From: a virus
Taxonomy: Duplodnaviria; Heunggongvirae; Uroviricota; Caudoviricetes
DNA: 10,019 nt
IMG/VR virus record: IMGVR_UViG_2579778989_000006
Reading direction: 5' to 3' (one strand)
The translations under genes were made by a program, and so were the position numbers. The notes under the pieces were generated by a model, which saw only the letters and a list, made by a program, of their open reading frames with translations, was not told the DNA's origin and did not search any database. The first letter of the stretch is position 1. Each line of letters begins with the position of its first letter. Positions 1 through 6,661 of this stretch are shown here, piece by piece.

Positions 1-191
1 CCCTCCATCACCGCCCCCGGTATCCCGCTCATGCTGGCGAACCCAGACACGCAGAGTCTCCGGCGTACAGCCAATCTTTGGAGCAATGGAACAAATTGTC
101 GCCCATTGTGAGTCATATTCGCCCTGACTTTCCAGAACCATACGGACTGCCCGTTGACGGACTTCAGGGGAAAAACGAGTATTTTTAGTCA
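1..191 (-). CDS. IS3-family transposase OrfA, N-terminal part (partial, runs off window)
   Basis: Minus-strand translation from ATG at 191: [64 protein letters not shown]..., no stop before the window edge. This is a helix-turn-helix OrfA N-terminus typical of IS3-family elements. Absent from the ORF track because it is truncated by the window edge. Confidence 0.75.
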
Positions 192-246
192 TCCTGTTTA
201 CCTCTTTCTCAGGAAGTTTAGTCTCCAGGATTCCCGGGGCGGTTCA
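1..246 (-). mobile_element. Terminal part of an IS3-family insertion sequence (IS629/IS1203-like); element continues beyond the window start
   Basis: Reverse complement of 233-246 reads TGAACCGCCCCGGG, a 5'-TG terminal inverted repeat of the IS3-family type; about 55 bp inside it a minus-strand ATG (revcomp of 189-191) with a GAGG Shine-Dalgarno opens an OrfA-like reading frame. Element boundary placed at 246. Identity as IS629/IS1203 is from memory of the OrfA N-terminus and end sequence, not a search. Confidence 0.7.
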
Positions 247-753
247 GAAGCGGTATTACGTCGTTCGCTGGGGTTGCGTGCGGAAAAAATCCGCTCAATG
301 TACCGTGAAAGCGACATCGTACCGGGAGAGCAGACCGCCACCAGCATACTGAAGCAGCGCACAAAAAATCTTGCGCCGCTGCCTCACGCCCACCAGCAAA
401 ACCCGCCACAGGAAGAGACGGTGGTCAGCATTGCCGTTGATCCTGAGTCTCCGGAATCTTTCATGAAACGACCTAAACGTCGCCGCTGGGTTAACGAGAA
501 ATACACACGCTGGGTGAAGACACAGCCGTGTGCGTGTTGTGGTAAGCCAGCCGACGATCCCCATCACCTGATTGGTCATGGTCAGGGCGGAATGGGGACA
601 AAATCTCACGATATTTTCACGCTACCGCTGTGTCGGGAGCATCACAACGAGCTTCATGCGGATCCTCTGGCGTTCGAAGAAAAGCATGGTTCTCAGGTTG
701 ATTTAATTTTTCGTTTTCTTGATCACGCCTTTGCAACTGGCGTGCTTGGGTAA
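247..753 (+). pseudogene. 3' portion of a DUF968-type prophage gene with HNH-like Cys/His motif, apparently interrupted or N-terminally displaced by the IS insertion
   Basis: The track ORF 154-753 starts at a TTG inside the IS terminal sequence; the non-IS reading frame begins at 247 (EAVLRRSLGL...). The C-terminal region carries CACCGKPADDPHHL...CREHHNELH, an HNH/zinc-finger-like signature as in DUF968 proteins found upstream of rusA in lambdoid prophages. An intact shorter protein starting at ATG 298 or 463 cannot be excluded. Confidence 0.5.
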
Positions 754-765
754 AAGAGGTGACTG

Positions 766-1125
766 ATGCTCATAGATTTGGTTTTACCTTACCCGCCGAC
801 GGTGAACACTTACTGGCGACGCCGTGGCAGCACATATTTTATCTCGGAGGAGGGAAAGCGTTATCGCCGGGCTGTGGCGCTTATTGTTCGCCAGCAGCGG
901 CTGAAATTAAGCCTGTCCGGAAGGCTGGCGATAAAGGTGATTGCAGAGCCACCGGATAAGCGTCGTCGCGACCTGGACAATATCCTGAAAGCACCGCTGG
1001 ATGCGCTGACGCATGCGGGAGTGTTAATGGACGATGAGCAGTTTGATGAAATCAATATTGTACGTGGCCAGCCAGTATCAGGTGGACGGCTGGAGATAAA
1101 AATTACAGAGGTGGGGTGTGCATGA
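766..1125 (+). CDS. rusA: RusA-family crossover junction endodeoxyribonuclease (Holliday junction resolvase)
   Basis: 119-aa ORF; AAGAGGTGA Shine-Dalgarno 5-6 nt upstream of ATG 766. Sequence pattern LPYPPTVNTYW...RRRDLDNILKAPLDALTHAGVLMDDEQF...RGQPVSGGRLEIKITE matches the RusA fold signature (acidic DxD catalytic region, C-terminal GGRLEI). Position in the nin region upstream of Q is as expected. Confidence 0.85.
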   Translation: MLIDLVLPYPPTVNTYWRRRGSTYFISEEGKRYRRAVALIVRQQRLKLSLSGRLAIKVIAEPPDKRRRDLDNILKAPLDALTHAGVLMDDEQFDEINIVRGQPVSGGRLEIKITEVGCA

Positions 1126-1805
1126 ATAACCAGTATTTACAGTTTGTTCGTGAGCAACTCATGATTGCCACAGCGGATCTCAGTGGGTCGACAAAAGGCC
1201 AGCTGGAAGCCTGGCAGGAAAATGCCCTGTACGATACAGGGCGTTACAGACGCAAAAAAATTCGTTACCGCGATGAGGTAACCGGAAAAATGATCACGCG
1301 GGATAACCCACCGATCCCGGGTAAACAATCACTGGCGAAAGGCTCATCAATTGCGCTGGTCAGTCCGGTTGAGTTTGCAACATCATCGTGGCGGCGTGCC
1401 GTTCTGGAACTGGAAGAGCATCAGAAGGCGTGGTTACTGTGGTGCTACAGTGGAAATGTTTGCTGGGAAGATCAGGTCACCATAACACAGTGGGTATGGA
1501 GTGAGTTTAAGGCTCAATCCGGTACCAGAAAAATAGCGGGGAAAACGCAGGAACGCCTGAAGAGGTTGATCTGGCTGGCTGTACAGGATGTGAAGAGCGA
1601 GCTGGTCGGGCGTGAGACTTATGAACATCAGGCGTTGGCGGTGTTGATGGGAGTTGCTAAATCTACATGGACAACAACACACAGGCCTCACTGGTTGGCT
1701 ATGCGGGGTAGTGCAGAGGGGCTGGACAGGGATGCGCTTATTTCAGTAATGCGGGTACGATCACGGCAACAGTCGCTTAATTTAGAACCATATCTTGCAA
1801 AATAG
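1122..1805 (+). CDS. Late-gene antitermination protein candidate (Q position); family not verified
   Basis: 227-aa ORF from ATG 1122 (track gives GTG 1116); GAGGTGG Shine-Dalgarno upstream; ATG overlaps the rusA stop (ATGA), implying translational coupling. Sits in the canonical Q slot: immediately after rusA and immediately before a promoter-like element and a strong intrinsic terminator. I do not see the lambda-Q zinc-finger motif, so the assignment is positional. Confidence 0.55.
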   Translation: MNNQYLQFVREQLMIATADLSGSTKGQLEAWQENALYDTGRYRRKKIRYRDEVTGKMITRDNPPIPGKQSLAKGSSIALVSPVEFATSSWRRAVLELEEHQKAWLLWCYSGNVCWEDQVTITQWVWSEFKAQSGTRKIAGKTQERLKRLIWLAVQDVKSELVGRETYEHQALAVLMGVAKSTWTTTHRPHWLAMRGSAEGLDRDALISVMRVRSRQQSLNLEPYLAK

Positions 1806-1823
1806 AACTGAAGAGCATATATT
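1795..1823 (+). promoter_or_regulatory. Candidate late promoter (pR'-like): -35 TTGCAA, 17-bp spacer, -10 TATATT
   Basis: TTGCAA at 1795-1800, TATATT at 1818-1823, 17-nt spacer; located at the 3' end of the Q-position gene and ~50 bp upstream of a strong terminator, as for lambdoid pR'/tR'. Confidence 0.35.
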
Positions 1824-1872
1824 TCGTGTAAATCTGATATTTCGCCGATTTTATACGCGATGGCAAAGTAAG

Positions 1873-1900
1873 AAAAAACCGCCGCCAGGCGGTTTTTTTA
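1873..1900 (+). terminator. Rho-independent terminator (tR'-like), potentially bidirectional
   Basis: AACCGCC (1877-1883), loop GCCA, GGCGGTT (1888-1894): a perfect 7-bp GC-rich stem followed by a run of seven T; preceded by an A-tract. Confidence 0.7.
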
Positions 1901-2019
1901 TGCCCAAAATCGCGTCAGTACAGTAAACGCGCTGGTGGTTGCGAATACGGGTCTTTCAGCTTGCTGGCTTTTTCGACAAGAGTTATTGGTATGTCATGTT
2001 AACCAGAAGGGAAAAAGAC

Positions 2020-2223
2020 ATGCTAAAACAGCAAGATATGACAGAAACCGCCGCCGCAGTCCTTCATTTCTTACCTGCTGACAAGTGGGTAACGCCACGT
2101 ATGATGACGAGAACTACCGGAGTAAGCGAAGCCCGGTGCCAGTTAATACTGACTCAGTTAGTTCTGGCGGGTCTGGCGAAGGATAACGGCGGGTACGGGA
2201 ATAAATTCAGACGCTGCCAGTAA
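2020..2223 (+). CDS. Hypothetical small protein (67 aa) downstream of tR'
   Basis: Track ORF 1939-2223 would run through the terminator, so the start is more plausibly ATG 2020 (AGAAGGGA Shine-Dalgarno 8-10 nt upstream) or ATG 1996. Product MLKQQDMTETAAAVLHFLPADKWVTPRMMTRTTGVSEARCQLILTQLVLAGLAKDNGGYGNKFRRCQ; possible winged-helix-like small protein, not recognised. Confidence 0.4.
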   Translation: MLKQQDMTETAAAVLHFLPADKWVTPRMMTRTTGVSEARCQLILTQLVLAGLAKDNGGYGNKFRRCQ

Positions 2224-2342
2224 TGGCGGTTTCCTGCTGTGAAAATGGGCGGCTGGTGGGTGTTGGTAGCACCTGCCAGCCATTCGCTCATGCTTACTGG
2301 TCACAAGCGAACCACGGCCCACTGCTTTAGCGCAAAAGCAGA

Positions 2343-2780
2343 GTGAGCCTACCAGAGTTACGCTTACTGATCCATGAAAATACTGTAAAAATAAACAGTG
2401 TTGATTTAATCAACGCTGATTGCCTGCATTTTATTCAGTCCCTGCCTGATGATTCCATTGACCTGATTGTTACCGATCCGCCGTATTTCAAAGTGAAACC
2501 CGAGGGCTGGGACAATCAGTGGAAGGGCGACGATGATTACCTGAAGTGGCTGGACCAGTGTCTGGCTCAGTTCTGGCGGGAGCTGAAACCTGCTGGAAGT
2601 CTTTACCTGTTCTGTGGACATCGCCTGGCATCTGATATTGAAATCGTGATGCGTAAACGTTTTAATGTGCTGAACCATATCATATGGGCGAAGCCGTTCA
2701 GACCTTGGAGCGCATGCTGTTGTTGCTCACTGGTATTACGAACGGTTTGCTCACGGGGATGTACACATATTAATTGTTGA
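2343..2780 (+). pseudogene. N6-adenine DNA methyltransferase, 5' remnant (truncated)
   Basis: N-terminal part has the catalytic motif IV DPPY (IDLIVTDPPYF) and conserved flanks (SVDLINADCLHFIQSLPDDS, LKPAGSLYLFCG), but the ORF ends after 145 codons in a Cys-rich tail (SACCCCSLVLRTVCSRGCTHINC) with no FxGxG AdoMet-binding motif. Base composition switches to strongly AT-rich at ~2765. Functional methylases of this class are roughly twice this length. Confidence 0.7.
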
Positions 2781-2788
2781 TGTTAATA

Positions 2789-3130
2789 TTACGTCATGTT
2801 ATTAATACAAAATTGCAACGCATCATTCAAAGTATTATAATTATCATTTGTTGCATTTATTATGCCAACATTCCTTGTTGGTCTTCCTTCCGTTGAATAT
2901 TCTATCCAGAATGAGCCGGTGTATTTTGACATTCTATATGTTGCGAATTCTTTTGCATTAATTGGTGGTTTGGTGCCGTTGAGATCCAATATATAACCAC
3001 TTTCTTGAATTGTCTTAGAAAGGCAATTGATTATTTCATTTGTCGATATTTCACTGTCGATTTGAGGATGATTCACAATTAGCCCCATGCAGAGGATGCT
3101 TGAAATTATTATAAAAATATTTTTTATCAT
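2789..3130 (-). CDS. Hypothetical 113-aa protein with N-terminal signal peptide or membrane anchor, on an AT-rich island
   Basis: Minus-strand ORF in a markedly AT-rich segment. N-terminus MIKNIFIIISSILCMGLIVNHP is a hydrophobic signal or anchor sequence; mature part is Asn/Thr/Ile-rich with two Cys (possible disulfide). Opposite orientation to the surrounding phage late genes; no strong Shine-Dalgarno. Not recognised as any known family. Confidence 0.55.
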   Translation of the reverse strand: MIKNIFIIISSILCMGLIVNHPQIDSEISTNEIINCLSKTIQESGYILDLNGTKPPINAKEFATYRMSKYTGSFWIEYSTEGRPTRNVGIINATNDNYNTLNDALQFCINNMT

Positions 3131-3402
3131 GATGTCTGTTTTTGTGAACTTTTAGATAGAATGTCTGCTGTGGAGATATGTATACCTCTTGTGCTCATTT
3201 ATTTCAATAGATAGTTGAGCACTCATTGTGCTAATGGAAGAAGTTTTTTAATATGGAGTATCATCAAAATCACACAATAGTGATTAATATTGCTATTAGA
3301 TAAAGAAGTATCGCTAACTTTGATTTTGTTGAATTTGTTTTTAATAAAAGTTAGTGTGGTTTATATAGCAGGCATATGCATGCTGTTTTTAAAGAAACTT
3401 AT

Positions 3403-3477
3403 TGCCCCTTTAGCCCTAATGGTCAGAGCGAGAGGTTAATAACCGCCAGGTCGCCGGTTCAAACATGGCAGGGGCAC
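3403..3477 (+). tRNA. tRNA-like element, probably a degenerate tRNA pseudogene (tRNA-Ile2/LAU-like body)
   Basis: Perfect 7-bp acceptor stem (TGCCCCT 3403-3409 with AGGGGCA 3470-3476) and a TTCAAAC T-loop, but the D stem and anticodon stem have multiple mismatches, the anticodon loop is TTAATAA, and no CCA is encoded (CGAA follows). Overall resembles the E. coli tRNA-Ile(LAU) gene as I recall it. Confidence 0.35.
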
Positions 3478-3480
3478 GAA

Positions 3481-3557
3481 GCGCTGTTAGCTCAGTTGGA
3501 CAGAGCAATTGCCTTCTAAGCAATCGGTCACTGGTTCGAATCCAGTATGGCGCACCA
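3481..3557 (+). tRNA. tRNA-Arg (anticodon UCU)
   Basis: Manual cloverleaf: acceptor GCGCTGT/ATGGCGC (two G-U pairs), D arm GCTC-AGTTGGACA-GAGC, anticodon arm ATTGC-CTTCTAA-GCAAT (anticodon TCT), variable loop CGGTC, T arm ACTGG-TTCGAAT-CCAGT, discriminator A and encoded CCA. 77 nt. Confidence 0.85.
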
Positions 3558-3558
3558 T

Positions 3559-3633
<75 letters not shown>

Positions 3634-4110
3634 TAGAGGATTATGGGACAGTATAGTGAGCATTTTTCTGCGTTACTTTTCATCGGTAAAAATAAGCATA
3701 CAACAACTATTTATGCTGGCATTAGCTATGATAGTTATTGGTTTTCTCGGAATGTGTTTATTTGTTTACTATATTCTTATCGATAACTGATATTTTTGAT
3801 ATGAATACGGAGTGGTACAAACAAAAATATGAATTCGCTATGGAATCAGGATGTGTAATAAAAATAATAGTCACTAAGTTATAGTTTTTTTTAAAATGTT
3901 AAAAACATCACATTTCATTATGTTGGGCACTGGAGAATACCCAGTCGTTTTGTTAAAAATAATTACGCATGGTGAATCCCCCTAAGCGGAGGGGCAATCA
4001 GCAACTGGTGTTTTGTCACCGACCCTTATCCTTTCTGTGCGGGTTCAGGTGCTGATACTGAACTCACCGGGAGGCACCCGGCACCATGCAAAATTGTCTA
4101 CACTACCACT

Positions 4111-4140
4111 GTAAAAAGCCCCTCTCCGGAGGGGCTTTTC
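4111..4140. terminator. Bidirectional rho-independent terminator hairpin
   Basis: GCCCCTC (4118-4124), loop TCCG, GAGGGGC (4129-4135); A-tract upstream (4113-4117) and T-tract downstream (4136-4139). Confidence 0.6.
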
Positions 4141-4239
4141 TATGGGCAAAAAAAAGCCCGCAGTGAGTGGCGGGCGGGTCGCATGAATATACATCAGGTA
4201 TTTTTATTATCGTGTTCTGATTTTTACCATCTGTGATAA

Positions 4240-4265
4240 GGCTGCGCAACTGCGCGGCCTTTTTC
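4240..4265 (+). terminator. Rho-independent terminator ~95 bp upstream of the esterase gene
   Basis: GGCTGCGC (4240-4247), loop AACT, GCGCGGCC (4252-4259): 8-bp stem with one G-U pair, followed by TTTTT (4260-4264). Confidence 0.6.
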
Positions 4266-4358
4266 GTTTTGCGGGCTGCGGTTCTCCTCTTTTGATTCTC
4301 CGTGTAGCCGGACCGTGGCCCGCAACTGTTGAGGAAAATCCCGGAAAGGGGAGGAATA

Positions 4359-6293
4359 ATGGCATTTAAACACTATGACGTGGTCAGGGCGGCGTCGCCG
4401 TCAGACCTTGCGGAGCGACTGACACAAAAACTGAAGGAAGGCTGGCAGCCGTTTGGCAGTCCTGTGGCTATCACGCCTTATACACTGATGCAGGCCATTG
4501 CCGCAGAGGGTGATGTGACCACGCCTGTGGTTGTGCCCGACACAGGGGCTGGTGGCTCTCCGGGAGTGGCTACCACTGAACCGGAGTATTACTACGTTAT
4601 TCCCCTGGCCGGGCAGTCGAACGGTATGGCCTATGGTGAGGGGCTTCCTCTGCCGGAGACCTATGATCGCCCTGACTCCCGTATTAAGCAGCTGGCCCGT
4701 CGCAGCACTGTGACGCCGGGTGGTGATACCTGTGCATACAATGACGTTATTCCGGCAGACCACTGTCTGCATGATGTTCAGGACATGAGCGCACTTAACC
4801 ATCCTCATGCAGACCTGAGTAAGGGCCAGTACGGGACTGTCGGTCAGGGGCTGCATATTGCCAAAAAACTGCTGCCTTATATCCCGCAGAATGCCGGGAT
4901 TCTTCTGGTGCCCTGTTGCCGTGGCGGGTCTGGTTTAACCGTGGGTAATGACGGCACGTTCAGCGAAACGTCTGGCGCATCGGCAAATTCAGCCCGCTGG
5001 GGAGTGGGTAAACCGCTGTATCAGGATTTTCTCTTCCGTACAAAAGCGGCGCTGTCGAAGAACCCGAAAAACAGGCTTCTGGCCGTGGTATGGATGCAGG
5101 GGGAAAATGATCTTGCGGACGGCAGTCAGCAGCACAGCGGCCTGTTTACCACTATGGTGCAGCAGTTCAGGGCTGATATGGCTGCATATTCTGCACAGTG
5201 TGTTGGCGGAAGTGCTGGCTCGGTGCCGTGGATTTGTGGTGACACCACGTATTACTGGAAGAATCTTAACGCCGATAAATATGAGGCGGTATATGGCGGT
5301 TACAAGGGCAGGGAAGCACAGAATATTTTCTTTGTTCCTTTTATGACGGACAGCAGTGGTGCAAACACACCCACCAACAATCCGTCAGAAGACCCGGATA
5401 TTCCGGCATCAGGATATTACGGTGCAGCTTCCCGGACGTCGGCAAACTGGACGTCAGCAGACCGTGCGAGCCATTTCAGCTCATGGGCACGCAGGGGGAT
5501 TATCTCTGACCGTCTGGCCTCAGCGATTCTTCTCCATGCAGGACGAACGGCTGAACTGGTGGGGGGACAGGTTGTGACGCCGCCGGATGAGAAGCCGTCA
5601 CCGGACACACCACCAACACCGTCAACGGACGGGAAATCAGTGACAACGCTGCTTTCTTACCGTGCAGCAGAGTCAGATGGTTTACTGACTCCGCAGGGAT
5701 GGGGAGCTGAAGGAGGGAGTGCAGCGGTAGTTGATGATGCAGGTGCTGCGGGAGGTAAGGCGCTGAGGCTGACCAAACAGGCAGGAAGGTCTTCGTGGTT
5801 TATGCAGCATGATGCCGGTAATGGCGCAGACCTTCTGGAGAAAGGCGGGCTTATCAGCTGTCGTTTTAAAGTTGATGGTGTGCTGTCTGCTAACCGTTAT
5901 GCACTGGCGCTGTACTGGCCGGTTTCTTCATTGCCTCAGGGTGTCACACTGGAAGGTAATGCCGGTAACAATCTGCTGGCGTCGTTTTACGTACAGAGCG
6001 ATGCCACAGACCTCAACGTGATGTACCACAAGGGTAACGCTGACCAGAACACGAAGCTGGGGTCATTCGGCGCATTTGACAACGAATGGCATACGCTGGG
6101 CTTCCGTTTTGCCGGTAATAACAGCATTCAGGTGACGCCGGTGATTGATGGTCAGGATGGTGCACCGTTCATGCTGTCGCAGTCTCCGGTAGGTTCTTTT
6201 GCGGCAGACAAATTACGTGTAACGGATATCACAAAAGCGGCGACGTATACGGTGCTGATTGAAAGTATAACAGTGGAAGTGAATAACCCGTAA
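4359..6293 (+). CDS. nanS-p: Prophage-encoded sialate O-acetylesterase (NanS-p type): DUF1737-like N-terminus, SGNH/SASA esterase domain, C-terminal beta-rich domain
   Basis: Track ORF 4329-6293; preferred start ATG 4359 (GGGGAGGA Shine-Dalgarno 5-8 nt upstream). N-terminus MAFKHYDVVRAASPSDLAERL...GWQPFGSPV is the DUF1737-type module; YYVIPLAGQSNGMAYGEG holds the GQSN catalytic-serine block of SGNH esterases; a Pro/Thr-rich linker (PPDEKPSPDTPPTPSTDGK) precedes a C-terminal ~200-aa domain. Location downstream of the phage tRNA array matches nanS-p genes of EHEC Stx prophages. Confidence 0.85.
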   Translation: MAFKHYDVVRAASPSDLAERLTQKLKEGWQPFGSPVAITPYTLMQAIAAEGDVTTPVVVPDTGAGGSPGVATTEPEYYYVIPLAGQSNGMAYGEGLPLPETYDRPDSRIKQLARRSTVTPGGDTCAYNDVIPADHCLHDVQDMSALNHPHADLSKGQYGTVGQGLHIAKKLLPYIPQNAGILLVPCCRGGSGLTVGNDGTFSETSGASANSARWGVGKPLYQDFLFRTKAALSKNPKNRLLAVVWMQGENDLADGSQQHSGLFTTMVQQFRADMAAYSAQCVGGSAGSVPWICGDTTYYWKNLNADKYEAVYGGYKGREAQNIFFVPFMTDSSGANTPTNNPSEDPDIPASGYYGAASRTSANWTSADRASHFSSWARRGIISDRLASAILLHAGRTAELVGGQVVTPPDEKPSPDTPPTPSTDGKSVTTLLSYRAAESDGLLTPQGWGAEGGSAAVVDDAGAAGGKALRLTKQAGRSSWFMQHDAGNGADLLEKGGLISCRFKVDGVLSANRYALALYWPVSSLPQGVTLEGNAGNNLLASFYVQSDATDLNVMYHKGNADQNTKLGSFGAFDNEWHTLGFRFAGNNSIQVTPVIDGQDGAPFMLSQSPVGSFAADKLRVTDITKAATYTVLIESITVEVNNP

Positions 6294-6442
6294 GCAGGAA
6301 AAAAAAGACCGCCGTGGCAGGGAAAACAAGGAGCCAGAACCGGCGGCAGAAGTCGCTACATCCTTAGCAAAAATATGCTGAGCAAAAAATGCAGGAGTTT
6401 TTTACTGGCAGGCATTGACCATGTCAATAATGGAGATGAATA

Positions 6443-6625
6443 ATGACATTTTTACAGCTGATTATGTTGTATTTCTGTACAGCAGTTTGTGTGCTGTATC
6501 TTCTTTCTGGTGGGTACAGAGTCGTGAGAGATTTCTGGCGCAGACAGATTGACAAAAGGGCCGCTGAGAAAATCAGTGCCAGTCAGTCAGCCGGAACAAA
6601 ACCCGAAGAGCCTCTCATTCCGTAG
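6443..6625 (+). CDS. Hypothetical small membrane protein (60 aa)
   Basis: GGAG Shine-Dalgarno ~8 nt upstream of ATG 6443; N-terminal hydrophobic helix (LQLIMLYFCTAVCVLYLLSGG) followed by a basic then acidic tail. Confidence 0.5.
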   Translation: MTFLQLIMLYFCTAVCVLYLLSGGYRVVRDFWRRQIDKRAAEKISASQSAGTKPEEPLIP

Positions 6626-6661
6626 CAACTTTCTTAACAACACCTTTCAACGAGAAAATAC

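Noticed and set aside
218-609. Minus-strand ORFs 218-409 and 295-609
   Set aside because: Antisense to the DUF968 coding frame and partly to IS sequence; no ribosome-binding site and products look like low-complexity antisense translation.
154-753. Track ORF as an intact 199-aa protein starting at 154
   Set aside because: The first ~31 codons lie inside the IS terminal sequence and the start is a TTG without a ribosome-binding site; the reading frame is an accidental fusion across the IS boundary at 246/247.
759-1055. ORFs 759-959 (+) and 861-1055 (-) overlapping rusA
   Set aside because: Alternative-frame or antisense overlaps of a well-supported rusA gene; no independent signals.
1137-1691. 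Minus-strand ORFs 1137-1328 and 1434-1691
   Set aside because: Antisense within the Q-position gene; no start signals.
1939-2019. Upstream extension of the small ORF to 1939
   Set aside because: Would place the start very close to the terminator with no ribosome-binding site; ATG 2020 with a Shine-Dalgarno is more plausible.
2406-2678. Minus-strand ORF antisense to the methylase remnant
   Set aside because: Lies entirely within conserved methylase coding sequence on the opposite strand; considered shadow ORF.
3634-4358. Possible Shiga toxin A/B subunit genes between the tRNAs and nanS-p
   Set aside because: No ORF of suitable size or signal-peptide character in any frame; the interval is occupied by AT-rich spacer and hairpin terminators.
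4329-4358. Upstream start (ATG 4329) for the esterase gene
   Set aside because: ATG 4359 has a strong GGAGG-type Shine-Dalgarno and begins the conserved MAFKHYDVV N-terminus; the extra 10 codons are probably not translated.
4401-6021. Six internal or antisense ORFs within the esterase gene (4401-4856 -, 4531-4713 +, 4948-5346 +, 5356-5577 +, 5417-5608 -, 5809-6021 +)
   Set aside because: All nested in a long, well-supported coding frame; products are Arg/Cys-rich or low-complexity, typical of off-frame translation of GC-rich coding DNA.
6549-6661. Upstream extension of the acidic-protein ORF to 6549
   Set aside because: Overlaps the preceding small membrane-protein gene in another frame; start at 6662 avoids the overlap.
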